64,000 nucleotides of DNA from Acidimicrobiaceae bacterium (GCA_026706815.1 JAPOYA010000029.1:4556-68555); one strand, 5' to 3'; positions 48,787-59,100 are shown, numbered from the stretch's first letter. Made by a program: numbers and translations. The notes: generated from the letters alone by a model not told the origin.

Positions 48787-49410
48787 CTAGGGCTCGTTTG
48801 TTGTGGCCCTCAGGGCGTGGCGGATGCGGTGGCGGGTGACCCACAGGCGCAACAGCACGAGTCCCGCGAGCAAAGCAGCGGTGACTCCGTAGACGACGAC
48901 CGGCGAAGCTTCGACGAAGACGCCGTAGAGGCCCCAAAGGACGCCTTCGAGAGCCACGAGCACCCATGACAGCGGGGAGACTCCCACCGGCGCGTGCGAC
49001 CTCCATGCGGCGACCACCGAGGGACCGAGGTAGAGCCCGTTGGACAGTCCGAGTACCGTCCCCAGGACCGTCCAGCCGGCCTCCAGCTGGACCACGACGC
49101 ACGCTACGGCGACCACGGCCGACAACAGCAGGCCCGTTCGCACCCCCGCACCGTTGCGGTAGAGCAGATACAGCACCACGCCGTAGCTGGCCGTGCCGAC
49201 GAGACATGCAGGAATCGCGACCCACAGTTCCTCGGCCACTACGTAGGCGATCCAGCCGGCGTTGACCGTTGTGCCGATCGCTGCCCATTCTGGCGATACA
49301 CCCTCGGTCCGGCCGATCCGCAGCAGCCGGACGATCTGAGGCAGGATCTGGACGAACGTGACGGCTGTGGCTACGACGCCAACCACCACAGCGATCTCGG
49401 TCTGGCTCAC
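48787..49410 (-). CDS. 7-TM membrane protein, possibly PQ-loop/SWEET-like
   Basis: 'TFVQILPQIVRLLR' has a PQ motif in the first helix pair. The rest is hydrophobic, and the assignment is tentative. Confidence 0.45.
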   Translation of the reverse strand: MSQTEIAVVVGVVATAVTFVQILPQIVRLLRIGRTEGVSPEWAAIGTTVNAGWIAYVVAEELWVAIPACLVGTASYGVVLYLLYRNGAGVRTGLLLSAVVAVACVVVQLEAGWTVLGTVLGLSNGLYLGPSVVAAWRSHAPVGVSPLSWVLVALEGVLWGLYGVFVEASPVVVYGVTAALLAGLVLLRLWVTRHRIRHALRATTNEP

Positions 49411-49524
49411 CGGCCCAATCTACTCGCGTGCACAGAGGGCCGACAGCGGCTTGTCAATGCCGATTGGGCGGTCAGCAACGCTGGTGACAGTCATCGTGTC
49501 AGTGCATACGGGTAGGGTGAGCCG

Positions 49525-51789
49525 ATGCCCGAAACCTCGCCTCTTCTGGAAGGCCTGAACCCTTCTCAGTACGACGCGGTGCTGCACTCAGGAGGCCCTC
49601 TGCTGGTCGTGGCGGGGGCCGGTTCGGGCAAGACCCGGGTGCTCACGCACCGGATCGCCCACATGATCGACGAGGGCATGTCGCCGTTTGAGATCCTCGC
49701 CATCACGTTCACCAACAAGGCCGCGGGCGAGATGAAAGAGCGTGTCTCCGCGCTCGTGGGTCCGGTGGCCGAACGCATGTGGGTTTCGACATTCCATTCC
49801 GCGTGTGTGCGGATCCTGCGCCGCGATACCGACCGACTGGGCTATCCGGGCCGGTTCTCGATCTACGACCAGGCTGACGCCCGGCGCTTGACCGGCTACG
49901 TGATCCGCGATCTCAACCTTGATTCCAAGAGATTCGCGCCGCGGTCGGTCCACGCCACGATCTCGACTGCCAAGAACGACAACGTGTCGGCGAGCGCCTA
50001 TGCCGACGGCGCCGAGGGGTTCCTCCAAAAGCGTGTGGCAGACGTCTACTTGGAATACCAGCGACGGCTGGTTGCCGCAGCCGCCATGGACTTCGACGAT
50101 CTGCTGATGCGCACGGTCGAGTTGTTCAGGACCCAGCCCGACGTGCTGCAGCACTGGCGCGACCGCTTCGCGCACGTCCTCGTCGACGAGTACCAGGACA
50201 CCAACTCGGTGCAGAACGAGCTTGTCCTGATGCTCGCCGAACAGCATCGCGGGGTCTCGGTCGTTGGCGACGGCGACCAGTCGATCTACGCCTTCAGGGG
50301 CGCTGATCTGCGCAACATCCTGGAGTTTGAGAAGGCCTTCCCCGATGCCACAACAATCGTGCTCGAGCAGAACTACCGCTCGACACAGTCCATCCTCGAC
50401 GCGGCCAACGCGGTGATCGCCCAGAACATGGGCCGCATCCCCAAAGACTTGTGGACCGACCGTGGACGGGGCGACAAGATCGTGCGTTACCACGCGGACG
50501 ATGAGCATGACGAGGCTCGTTACGTGGCCCATGAGCTGTCCCGTTTGCACTCCAATGAGGGCATGCGCTGGGACGAGATGGCGGTGTTCTACCGCACGAA
50601 CAGCCAGTCACGCGTGCTCGAGGAGCAGCTGGTGCGCGTCGGGATCCCATACCAGTTGGTGGGCGGCGCCCGCTTCTATGACCGGCGCGAGATCAAAGAC
50701 GCGGTGGCGTATCTGCGCGCTGTCGTCAACCCGACCGACGAGGTGAGCGTGAAGCGGGTCCTCAACGTGCCCAAACGCGGCGTCGGCGATTCGTCGATCA
50801 GCAAGCTCGACGTCTGGGCCGCAGCACGAGGCCTGTCTTTTTTCGAGGCGCTGCAGGACCATCGCAACGCAGGAGTGAGCGGCCGGGCGACGACGGGCAT
50901 CGAGCAGTTCCTGTCGATCATCGACGCCATACGCGAGCTCGACGCGGGTCCGGCAACCATCATCGAAGAGGCTCTTGAACGCTCCGGATACCTCGAAGAA
51001 CTGCAGGCAACCCTCGGCATCGAGGCTGAGGGGCGGCTCGAGAACATCATGGAATTGCTCGGCATGGCCCGCGAGCACGAAACGGTCGATGAGTTCACCG
51101 AGCAGATCAGCCTGGTAACCGACACCGACAGCATGGATGACTCCGAGTCGCTTGTGACGCTGATGACCCTCCATTCGGCCAAGGGACTCGAGTTCCCGGT
51201 CGTCTTCCTCACCGGTATGGAAGATGGGGTTCTTCCGCACATTCGGACTCTGGGCGAGCCCCGGGAACTCGAGGAGGAACGGCGCTTGGCGTATGTGGGC
51301 GTCACCAGGGCGATGCAGGCGCTTCACCTGACGTGCGCCTGGAGCCGCATGCTCAACGGCATGACCCAATACAATCCGCCGAGCCGTTTCTTCTCAGAGA
51401 TCCCCGACGACTTGGTGACTGAGATCAGCGGCCGAGGCCGTCGAGGCAACCGCTTCGGCCGCTCGTACCCAGGAGGCAGCAGCCGTCGGCAACTGGAACG
51501 GCAACGCGGTGCAAGCCGAAGCGGGGGAAATCGGATTGATGCGCACCGTGAACGGCTCGTCGACAGCGCCTTCGACAGCGAGAGTCCCGCTGCGAGGTCG
51601 CCTTTCGCGTCGAAGGGAGCCGAGTCACTCGGCCTGAAGATCGGCGACGGCGTGTGTCACGCGAAATGGGGCGAGGGAGTCATAGTCGACATGAGCGGAA
51701 GCCCGGACAGTCCGGAGGCCACCGTGAACTTCGCTGATGCCGGCCAGAAAATCCTGCTGTTGTCCCTGGCACCCTTGGAGAAGCTTTGA
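49525..51789 (+). CDS. pcrA: ATP-dependent DNA helicase PcrA/UvrD (SF1)
   Basis: 'LLVVAGAGSGKTRVLTHRIA', 'VLVDEYQDTN', 'GDGDQSIYAFRGA', 'TLMTLHSAKGLEFPVVFL' and 'RRLAYVGVTRA'. Confidence 0.95.
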   Translation: MPETSPLLEGLNPSQYDAVLHSGGPLLVVAGAGSGKTRVLTHRIAHMIDEGMSPFEILAITFTNKAAGEMKERVSALVGPVAERMWVSTFHSACVRILRRDTDRLGYPGRFSIYDQADARRLTGYVIRDLNLDSKRFAPRSVHATISTAKNDNVSASAYADGAEGFLQKRVADVYLEYQRRLVAAAAMDFDDLLMRTVELFRTQPDVLQHWRDRFAHVLVDEYQDTNSVQNELVLMLAEQHRGVSVVGDGDQSIYAFRGADLRNILEFEKAFPDATTIVLEQNYRSTQSILDAANAVIAQNMGRIPKDLWTDRGRGDKIVRYHADDEHDEARYVAHELSRLHSNEGMRWDEMAVFYRTNSQSRVLEEQLVRVGIPYQLVGGARFYDRREIKDAVAYLRAVVNPTDEVSVKRVLNVPKRGVGDSSISKLDVWAAARGLSFFEALQDHRNAGVSGRATTGIEQFLSIIDAIRELDAGPATIIEEALERSGYLEELQATLGIEAEGRLENIMELLGMAREHETVDEFTEQISLVTDTDSMDDSESLVTLMTLHSAKGLEFPVVFLTGMEDGVLPHIRTLGEPRELEEERRLAYVGVTRAMQALHLTCAWSRMLNGMTQYNPPSRFFSEIPDDLVTEISGRGRRGNRFGRSYPGGSSRRQLERQRGASRSGGNRIDAHRERLVDSAFDSESPAARSPFASKGAESLGLKIGDGVCHAKWGEGVIVDMSGSPDSPEATVNFADAGQKILLLSLAPLEKL

Positions 51790-51908
51790 CCCTTGTCCGC
51801 CAATCGTCGTCGAAGCCCACTGTTCAGCCCTGCGTCTAACCGTCTTAGATCAGGGGTTGCGGTGCCATCCATAGGTTGTCACGGACGGCTCACGCCAAAG
51901 CGGGGGTC

Positions 51909-52403
51909 TCACTCGGGTGATTCGTTGAGAAGAACGTGGATACTGCCGTCTCTGACCTCGACGCGGTATTGCAGCAGACCAGTGCCTTCAGCGTCGACTG
52001 TGACCTCGTCGCAGGTGCTGCTGCTGCCCGCAGCGGTGGTAAGGAAGAACTCCGCGGCGCTGGGATCCCAAGAGAAGAAACAGTCTCGAGGATCCTGCGC
52101 GCGTCGGGCTGCGAAGGCCAGCCATCCCTGCTCCAGATCGTTGCCGCGGTGGTTGACGATGATGTCGCGCTGCCCGACACTGCCGACATCGGAGAACAGG
52201 ATCGGACCCCTTTCTCGAATCTCTTGATCGATGGCTTCGGCATCGCCGGCGTCGAAGTCTCTGTCGCCGAGGACGAATTGTGTGTTTTCCTGAGATGCAG
52301 CGAACCAGACCATGGCCCCGAGCAATCCCGCTATCACCACCGCGGTGAATCCGAGGAGCAGGGCGTTACGGGCGTTTAACTGCGGACCTCGGGCGACGGG
52401 CAT
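51909..52403 (-). CDS. Hypothetical protein with an N-terminal membrane anchor
   Basis: 164 aa with TM 'ALLLGFTAVVIAGLLGAMVWFA'. I recognise no family. Confidence 0.5.
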   Translation of the reverse strand: MPVARGPQLNARNALLLGFTAVVIAGLLGAMVWFAASQENTQFVLGDRDFDAGDAEAIDQEIRERGPILFSDVGSVGQRDIIVNHRGNDLEQGWLAFAARRAQDPRDCFFSWDPSAAEFFLTTAAGSSSTCDEVTVDAEGTGLLQYRVEVRDGSIHVLLNESPE

Positions 52404-52530
52404 GGCTCCTCGCGTTTGATTGCGGCGTACTGTGCGACAACGTGCGGACTGGGAATCGGCGACTGCGTAGCAGCCGCGAAGGTGTCACAGCATTGGGACC
52501 CGCCTAGTATCGCCTGAGTTCAGGCAGACT

Positions 52531-52572
52531 TTGCCTGATTCGACTCAAGTATTGCCTGATTCGACCCGAGTA
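52531..52572 (+). repeat. 21-bp direct repeat x2 (TTGCCTGATTCGACYCRAGTA) immediately upstream of sucC
   Basis: Copies lie at 52531-52551 and 52552-52572. They are preceded by the related AGTATCGCCTGAGTTCAGGC, which contains the palindrome GCCTGA-GT-TCAGGC. The repeat ends at the sucC RBS. Confidence 0.7.
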
Positions 52573-52583
52573 TTGGAGGCGCG

Positions 52584-53723
52584 GTGGATCTTTTCGAGTA
52601 CCAGGGAAAGGAGTTCTTCGCCAGTTACGGAATGCCCGTCTCAGCCGGCGAGGTGGCTTTCACTGTCCCCGAGGCGGTCGCCGCAGCAGAGCGGCTCGGC
52701 GCGCCGGTCATGGTCAAAGCCCAGGTTCACACGGGTGGGCGGGGCAAAGCAGGCGGCGTCAAGTTCGCCGCTGACATCGACGCGGTGCGCGAGCATGCAG
52801 GCAACATCCTGGGCCTCGACATCAAAGGCCACACTGTGCGCCGGGTCTGGATCGAGAAAGCGTCAGACATCGCCGAGGAGTACTACGCCAGCTTCACACT
52901 CGACCGTTCGGCGAAGAAGCATCTCGGGATGCTCTCGGTGGAGGGCGGAGTCGAGATCGAAACGGTCGCCGAAACCAACCCCGACGCGATCGCCAAGATC
53001 TGGATAGACCCGATCGACGGACTCAGCGAAGCGACATGCCGAGACTGGGTCGCGGCCGCAAACCTCCCCGACGCTGCAGTCGAGGGGGCGGTCGACGTGC
53101 TGTTGAAGCTGTACCGCGCCTACAGCGAGGGCGACGCCGATCTCGTGGAGATCAACCCGCTCATCCTGACCCCGGAGGGCTCAGTACACGTGCTCGACGC
53201 CAAGGTGACCCTCGACGGCAACAGCGAGTTCCGCCACCCCGGCTACAGCCAGTACGACTCCACCCAGAGCCGGGATGAACGCGAGGAGGCGGCGCACGCC
53301 AAGGGGCTGCAGTATGTCGGGCTCGAAGGCACGGTCGGGGTGATCGCCAACGGCGCGGGTCTGGCGATGAGCACCGTCGATGTGGTCAACCAGGTCGGCG
53401 GCAGTCCCGCCAATTTCCTCGACATAGGCGGCGGCGCAAACGCCGATGTCATGGCCGGGGCTTTGGAGGTCATCAACAACGACCCCGCGGTGAAGGCCAT
53501 TTTCATCAACATCTTCGGCGGCATCACCCGCGGCGAGGAGATCGCCGGCGGCATCCTCGAAGCAATGGAACGCGTGGAGATCGATTCGCCCATCGTCATC
53601 CGGCTCGACGGCACCAACGCAGACGAGGGTAGGGCGATCCTGGAACCTCACCTGACCGACGAGTTGATGATGCAACCGACCATGCTCGACGCGGCCCGCC
53701 GTGTAGTCGAGCTCGCTGGTTGA
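52584..53723 (+). CDS. sucC: Succinyl-CoA synthetase beta subunit
   Basis: 'MDLFEYQGKEFFASYGMPV', 'VMVKAQVHTGGRGKAGGVKF' and 'NFLDIGGGA'. GTG start after GGAGG. Confidence 0.95.
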   Translation: MDLFEYQGKEFFASYGMPVSAGEVAFTVPEAVAAAERLGAPVMVKAQVHTGGRGKAGGVKFAADIDAVREHAGNILGLDIKGHTVRRVWIEKASDIAEEYYASFTLDRSAKKHLGMLSVEGGVEIETVAETNPDAIAKIWIDPIDGLSEATCRDWVAAANLPDAAVEGAVDVLLKLYRAYSEGDADLVEINPLILTPEGSVHVLDAKVTLDGNSEFRHPGYSQYDSTQSRDEREEAAHAKGLQYVGLEGTVGVIANGAGLAMSTVDVVNQVGGSPANFLDIGGGANADVMAGALEVINNDPAVKAIFINIFGGITRGEEIAGGILEAMERVEIDSPIVIRLDGTNADEGRAILEPHLTDELMMQPTMLDAARRVVELAG

Positions 53724-53750
53724 ATCGGCGGCGAAGAAAGGAGACTGACG

Positions 53751-54635
53751 ATGAGCATCTTCGTCGACGAGAACACGAAGGTCGTCTACCAGGGCCTCAC
53801 CGGGTCACAAGGCAGCTACTACGGCCGCCTGAACCGTGACTACGGCACACAGGTGGTGGCGGGCACCCATCCGACCAAGGCAGGCACTGATGTCGATGGT
53901 GTGCCCATTTTCGCCAATGTGGCCGACGCGGTGCAGGAGACCGGCGCCACTGCGAGCTGCATTTTCATTCCCGCCCCCGGAGTGCGGGGCGCAGTGCTCG
54001 AAGCCGCTCAGGGGGGCGTCGAGTTCATCGTTGCCATCACCGAGGGAGTGCCCGCCCACGACGAGATCTACTTCTACAACGCCTTGAAGCGGGACTACCC
54101 CGACGTCTTGCTGCTCGGTCCGAACTGTCCGGGCATCATCAGTCCGGGAAAGTGCAACATCGGCATCACCGCCGGGCACATCGCCAAGCCCGGAGGTCCT
54201 GTGGGAATCGTCAGCCGTTCAGGCACTCTCACCTACCAGGCGCTGTATGAGCTGAAGCAGAAAGACGTCGGCGTGACGACCTGTGTCGGCATAGGCGGCG
54301 ACCCAGTGCCCGGTACGTCGTTCATCGATTGTCTGCGGGCCTTTCAAGACGACCCGGAAACTCTGGCTGTGATGATGATCGGCGAGATCGGCGGTTCGGC
54401 CGAGGAGGAAGCGGCTGAGTTCATCAAGAACCATATGACCAAACCGGTCGCCGGCTATATAGCCGGGGTGACCGCGCCGCCCGGCAAGAAGATGGGCCAT
54501 GCAGGAGCGATCGTCTCAGGAGGCCGAGGCACCGCAGCGGCCAAGATCGAGGCGTTGACCGACGCCGGTGTCCGTGTCGGGCAGAACCCGACAGAAGCGG
54601 GCGAACTGATGGCTGATATCGTCGCTGGTCTGTGA
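53751..54635 (+). CDS. sucD: Succinyl-CoA synthetase alpha subunit
   Basis: 'KVVYQGLTGSQGS', 'GPNCPGIISP', 'SRSGTLTYQ' and the phosphohistidine loop 'GHAGAIVSGG'. Confidence 0.95.
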   Translation: MSIFVDENTKVVYQGLTGSQGSYYGRLNRDYGTQVVAGTHPTKAGTDVDGVPIFANVADAVQETGATASCIFIPAPGVRGAVLEAAQGGVEFIVAITEGVPAHDEIYFYNALKRDYPDVLLLGPNCPGIISPGKCNIGITAGHIAKPGGPVGIVSRSGTLTYQALYELKQKDVGVTTCVGIGGDPVPGTSFIDCLRAFQDDPETLAVMMIGEIGGSAEEEAAEFIKNHMTKPVAGYIAGVTAPPGKKMGHAGAIVSGGRGTAAAKIEALTDAGVRVGQNPTEAGELMADIVAGL

Positions 54636-54671
54636 CAGTGCGGGCAGCCTTCGGCTTGCTAGGTTCGGGCG

Positions 54672-56291
54672 ATGAACAGCAGGGCAGTGAACAGCAGTGT
54701 GGGTCGGCGCCGGGCGCTGTTGTCTGTATTCGACAAATCGGGGATCGTGGAGTTCGCCGGAGGACTGGTTGAACTCGGCTGGGAACTGGTCTCAAGCGGT
54801 GGCACCGCAGAGGTCATATCCGCCGCTGGCATCGCGGTCACCGATGTCGCGGACTACACCGGCTCGCCGATCATGTTGGGGCACCGTGTGGCGACACTGC
54901 ACCCGCGCCTTCACGGCGGCATCCTCGCAGATCGAGAAGACCCCGAGCATCAAGCGGACCTGATAGCCAACAACATCGAGGTGATCGACCTGGTTGTCGG
55001 CAATCTCTATCCGTTCCGGTCCGAACCGGGCATCGAGATGATCGATATCGGCGGCCCGACTCTCATGCGGTCTGCGGCCAAGAACCACGAGTACGTCGGG
55101 GTTGTCACGAATCCTGCGGACTACGAACCGATCTTGGCGGAACTTCGCTCCAACGACTCGGCCTTGTCCGCGCAGACGCGGCGGCGATTGGCCAGGGCGG
55201 CGTTCGCCCACACCGCGGCCTATGACGCAGCGATCGTCGGCTGGCTCGACAGCACCGACCCGGAGTCGGCTGCGCTTCCCCATACAGCGCTTCCCCACAC
55301 AGCGCTTCCCTCCACAGTGCTTCCCCCCACGATCCATGTCGCTCTGGAACGTGCGGAAGTGCTCCGCTATGGCGAAAACCCGCACCAGAGCGGGGCGCGC
55401 TACCGCTCGATGGGCGAGACCAGCATGTGGGATCGGGTGGAACAGTATTCCGGTGTGTCGCTGAGCTACCTGAACCTCTTCGATGCGGACGCGGCGTGGC
55501 GCCTGGCCCAAGAACTGGGTGATCTCTCCGGCGGCTGTGCGGCGGCGATCATCAAACACGCCAACCCCTGCGGTGCGGCGGTGGCGACCGACCTTGCCTC
55601 GGCCTATCAGCGTGCCTTCGAGTGCGATCCCCGTAGTGCGTTCGGCGGGATCGTGGCGGTCAATCGAATCGTGGGGGAGTCGACGGTCCAAGCGATGGAA
55701 GCGGCTGCTCAGGCTGATGTGATCATCGCTCCCGGTTATGCCGACGGTGTTGTCGACCGCCTGATCGCCAAGCGTAGAAACACCCGTATTCTGCGGATTG
55801 AAGCCCCCGAGGCGTCCTCAGCGTCCGCAAAGGCCAATATCAACCTGCGCCAAATAACCGACGGTTTCCTGGTCCAGGAAGCGCAGCGCTTCGCTTCGGC
55901 GCCCCCCCAGTGGCAGGTGGCCACAGAGCGTCAGCCAACCGCCGCGGAGACGGCCGACGCAGCCTTTGCATGGCGAGTCTGCGGTCACGTCAAGTCCAAC
56001 GCTGTGGTCCTGGTTCGTGACGGCGTGGCCTGGGGGATCGGAGCGGGTCAACAAAACCGGGTTGAAGCAGCCCGAATAGCTGTGAGCAAAGCCGACGGCA
56101 GAGCCCAAGGAGGCGCCTGCGCCAGCGACGCCTTCTACCCTTTCCCCGACGGCATTCACGCTGCGGCAGATGCTGGAGCAGCCATAATCGTGCAACCGGG
56201 CGGGTCGGTCAACGACGAAGAGACGATAGCCGCGGCAAATGAGCGCGGCATCGCCATGGTCTTCACCGCCGAACGGCAGTTTCTCCACTAG
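54672..56291 (+). CDS. purH: Bifunctional AICAR transformylase / IMP cyclohydrolase
   Basis: '[16 protein letters not shown]', '[14 protein letters not shown]' and '[10 protein letters not shown]', with C-terminal '[10 protein letters not shown]...[10 protein letters not shown]'. Confidence 0.95.
   Translation: MNSRAVNSSVGRRRALLSVFDKSGIVEFAGGLVELGWELVSSGGTAEVISAAGIAVTDVADYTGSPIMLGHRVATLHPRLHGGILADREDPEHQADLIANNIEVIDLVVGNLYPFRSEPGIEMIDIGGPTLMRSAAKNHEYVGVVTNPADYEPILAELRSNDSALSAQTRRRLARAAFAHTAAYDAAIVGWLDSTDPESAALPHTALPHTALPSTVLPPTIHVALERAEVLRYGENPHQSGARYRSMGETSMWDRVEQYSGVSLSYLNLFDADAAWRLAQELGDLSGGCAAAIIKHANPCGAAVATDLASAYQRAFECDPRSAFGGIVAVNRIVGESTVQAMEAAAQADVIIAPGYADGVVDRLIAKRRNTRILRIEAPEASSASAKANINLRQITDGFLVQEAQRFASAPPQWQVATERQPTAAETADAAFAWRVCGHVKSNAVVLVRDGVAWGIGAGQQNRVEAARIAVSKADGRAQGGACASDAFYPFPDGIHAAADAGAAIIVQPGGSVNDEETIAAANERGIAMVFTAERQFLH
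55272..55331 (+). repeat. In-frame 15-bp tandem repeat x4 inside purH ([20 protein letters not shown])
   Basis: GCGCTTCCCCATACA / GCGCTTCCCCACACA / GCGCTTCCCTCCACA / GTGCTTCCCCCCACG. Confidence 0.85.
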
Positions 56292-56302
56292 GAAACCGAG
56301 CA

Positions 56303-57058
56303 ATGGACAGTCCAGTCGACAAACCGAAGGGCAAGGCACCGAGAGAAGCCAAGAGTCTCCAGTGGGCGCTGAAGGTCGGTGAGCAGCGCCGTTCGAGCGC
56401 TTTCTACCAGTCGATTCGATTTCTGATTCGAGTGTTTCTGTGGCGTTGGCTCAGAACCCAGCATCGGGGATCGGAGAACATCCCTCCGACGGGTCCGGTG
56501 ATCATCGCTCCGGTCCACCGCTCCAATCTTGACGCACCGCTGCTGTCTGTATGCACCAAGCGTCATCTGCGAGCGTTGGCCAAGGAGTCGCTCTTCGTGA
56601 ATCCGCTGGGCGCCTGGATTTGCGCCGCGCTCGGTTCGATACCGCTGCGGCGGGGAGAAGCCGACCGGGATGCGATGCGCGCGGCGCGGACGCTGCTCGA
56701 CTCGGGCGCCATGCTGCTCGTCTTCCCCGAAGGCACCCGCCAGAGCGGAAACCAGGTAACCGGGGTCTTCGACGGGATGTCGTATCTGGCTTCCAAGACG
56801 AAAGCTCCGATCATTCCGGTGGGGATCGCCGGAACAGAAGGCGCGTTGCCGACGGGATCGAAGTTCCCCAAAAGAGCGCGTACCGCGATTGTGATAGGTG
56901 CTCCGATCAGAGCCCCTCAAGGTCGCCTGAGCCGGCCGGAGTTGTCGGCTCTGAGCACTGAGGTCGGCACGCGCCTCCAAGAGGTGTTCGACGAAGCACA
57001 GACCCTGGTCGACTCGCCGAGCCCGGCCCGCTGGAAGTCAAAGTATCGCGATTTGTGA
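56303..57058 (+). CDS. plsC: 1-acyl-sn-glycerol-3-phosphate acyltransferase family
   Basis: The HX4D motif 'VHRSNLD' and 'VFPEGTRQ'. Confidence 0.85.
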   Translation: MDSPVDKPKGKAPREAKSLQWALKVGEQRRSSAFYQSIRFLIRVFLWRWLRTQHRGSENIPPTGPVIIAPVHRSNLDAPLLSVCTKRHLRALAKESLFVNPLGAWICAALGSIPLRRGEADRDAMRAARTLLDSGAMLLVFPEGTRQSGNQVTGVFDGMSYLASKTKAPIIPVGIAGTEGALPTGSKFPKRARTAIVIGAPIRAPQGRLSRPELSALSTEVGTRLQEVFDEAQTLVDSPSPARWKSKYRDL

Positions 57059-57070
57059 TACAGTACAGAT

Positions 57071-57310
57071 ATGGCGTACGCGGTATCGGTCCGGCTTGAT
57101 GATGAAGCCGCTAGAGCACTCAGTGTCTTGGAGGCGTCCGGCCTGAGCCGCTCTCAGGCGATCCGTTCCGCGCTGGTCGAGGCGGCGCGACGGAGGCTCA
57201 GCCGCTCTGCTCTAGCGGCTGAAGCGGCGAAGCTCGAGGCCGACGAGTTCGATCGATCCGAAATGCTGGCGGTAGCGGAGTTGATGGAGTCAATGCGTGC
57301 TCCGCGGTGA
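57071..57310 (+). CDS. mazE: Ribbon-helix-helix antitoxin (MazE/CopG-like)
   Basis: 'VSVRLDDEAARALSVLEASGLSRSQAIRSAL' is an RHH signature. It overlaps the downstream toxin gene by 14 bp. Confidence 0.75.
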   Translation: MAYAVSVRLDDEAARALSVLEASGLSRSQAIRSALVEAARRRLSRSALAAEAAKLEADEFDRSEMLAVAELMESMRAPR

Positions 57311-57614
57311 CATTTTCCGTTTCAGGCTTCCAAAAGGAACTGGGCATGAACAGCACGGGGACCGTTTCGGCGTAGTGATCCAAGCTGACGAATTGCTTCC
57401 TCGTTCAGTCGTCATCGTGGCTCCGACATCGCAATCTGCGCGGCCGGCTTCGTTCCGACCTGAAATCGCCCTCGGCGGGCAACAGACCAGGGTGCTGGTC
57501 GAGCAGATCGGCGCTGTCGACGCCTCTCGGCTAGGAGACTTGGAAGGCCGCCTCACCCCCGAAGAACTCTGGGGCGTCGACGAGGCTCTTCTCGCCGTCC
57601 TCGGACTCCGCTGA
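57297..57614 (+). CDS. mazF: MazF/PemK-family mRNA interferase toxin
   Basis: 'LRGDIFRFRLPKGTGHEQHGDRFGVVIQAD...VVIVAPTSQS...VLVEQIGAVDASRL' matches the MazF/PemK pattern. Confidence 0.85.
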   Translation: MLRGDIFRFRLPKGTGHEQHGDRFGVVIQADELLPRSVVIVAPTSQSARPASFRPEIALGGQQTRVLVEQIGAVDASRLGDLEGRLTPEELWGVDEALLAVLGLR

Positions 57615-57721
57615 TTGACGGCACGGATAGCGAACGAGTTCTGCAAGGCCCAGGACCTCGCGGACGAATCCGGCAAAATGGGGATTGGCGGCACGGATCA
57701 GGCGAACGAGTTTCTGCAAGG
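57613..57721 (+). repeat. ~36-39-bp direct repeat (period ~70 bp) between mazF and icd, with a third partial copy at 57813-57824
   Basis: GATTGACGGCACGGATAGCGAACGAGTTCTGCAAGG lies at 57613-57648. GATTGGCGGCACGGATCAGGCGAACGAGTTTCTGCAAGG lies at 57683-57721. GATTGACGGCAC recurs at 57813. Confidence 0.75.
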
Positions 57722-57852
57722 GCTACTGGGCGAGGAGGCTTGGGAGGCAGCGAACAACCGCTGAGAGCGCCCCGACTGGCCCCGGCGTCGGGGCGAACGG
57801 GCGAACAGCGCCGATTGACGGCACTTCTGGCGCGGCGGGTACAGTCAACGGC

Positions 57853-59049
57853 ATGGCAGAAAAGATCTCGATGCAATCGGACGGCACGCTGGCCGTTCCG
57901 GACAATCCCATCATCCCCTTCATCGAAGGCGACGGCACCGGAGTCGACATCTGGCCTGCGGCGAAGCTGGTGCTCGATGCGGCAGCCGCCAAATACGGCA
58001 GATCCATTGCTTGGCGTGAAGTGCTCGCCGGCGAAAAAGCGTTCAACGAGACCGGTGACTGGCTTCCCCAGGCAACGATCGACAGCTTCAGCGAATACCT
58101 GATCGGCATCAAGGGCCCGCTCACCACGCCGATCGGCGGGGGCTTCCGCAGCCTCAACGTCGCGATCCGCCAGATCATGGATCTCTATGTGTGCCTTCGC
58201 CCGGTGCGCTGGTTCACCGGGGTGCCGTCGCCGGTTAGGGAACCGCATCTGGTCGACATGGTGATCTTCCGGGAGAACACCGAGGACATCTACGCCGGTC
58301 TCGAAGTCGAGTCGGGCACGCCCGAGGCCCGCAAGATGATGGACCTCCTCTACGACGCGTTCGGCTGGCAGATCCGCCCCGACAGCGGTATCGGCGTCAA
58401 ACCGGTCTCGAAGACCGGTTCGCAGCGCCTCCAGCGAGCGGCGCTCGAGTATGCGGTTCGTCGCAACCGCAAGCGAGTCCACTGGGTGCACAAGGGCAAC
58501 ATCATGAAGTTCACCGAGGGGGCCTTCCAGAAATGGGGCTACGAACTCGTCCGCGAGGAGTTCTCCGATGCAGCCGTCGGGTGGGATGACTGCGGCGGCG
58601 ACCCTGGCGACAAGATCCTGGTGCAGGACGCCATCGCCGACATCGCTCTGCAGCAGGTGTTGACCCGCCCCGCGGAGTTCGACGTGATCGCCACGATGAA
58701 CCTCAACGGCGACTATCTGTCCGATGCGTTGGCTGCTCAGGTCGGCGGGATCGGCATCGCTCCGGGCGCCAACATCAACTACGCGACCGGTCACGGCGTT
58801 TTCGAGGCCACACATGGGACGGCCCCCAAATACGCCGGCCAGGACAAGGTCAACCCGTCCTCGGTGTTGTTGTCGGGGGTGATGATGTTCGAGCATCTCG
58901 GCTGGCAGGACTCCGCTGACGACATCATTGCTGCGGTGGAGATCACAATCGCCGAGAAGGTCGTCACCTACGACTTCGCCCGGTTGATGGACGGCGCCAC
59001 TGAGGTGAAATGCTCAGAGTTCGCTTCGGCAATCGTCGACCGACTCTGA
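57853..59049 (+). CDS. icd: NADP-dependent isocitrate dehydrogenase (homodimeric type)
   Basis: '[15 protein letters not shown]', '[23 protein letters not shown]', '[11 protein letters not shown]' and '[26 protein letters not shown]'. I chose the ATG at 57853 over the ORF-track start at 57685. Confidence 0.95.
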   Translation: MAEKISMQSDGTLAVPDNPIIPFIEGDGTGVDIWPAAKLVLDAAAAKYGRSIAWREVLAGEKAFNETGDWLPQATIDSFSEYLIGIKGPLTTPIGGGFRSLNVAIRQIMDLYVCLRPVRWFTGVPSPVREPHLVDMVIFRENTEDIYAGLEVESGTPEARKMMDLLYDAFGWQIRPDSGIGVKPVSKTGSQRLQRAALEYAVRRNRKRVHWVHKGNIMKFTEGAFQKWGYELVREEFSDAAVGWDDCGGDPGDKILVQDAIADIALQQVLTRPAEFDVIATMNLNGDYLSDALAAQVGGIGIAPGANINYATGHGVFEATHGTAPKYAGQDKVNPSSVLLSGVMMFEHLGWQDSADDIIAAVEITIAEKVVTYDFARLMDGATEVKCSEFASAIVDRL

Positions 59050-59100
59050 AAAACCGAGCCCGTAGCCCGATTCTGGGGAGGAGCTGTCGGTGGGTGCTCT

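Noticed and set aside
57553-58896. 447-aa minus-strand ORF
   Set aside because: It is antisense to icd. This is a shadow ORF.
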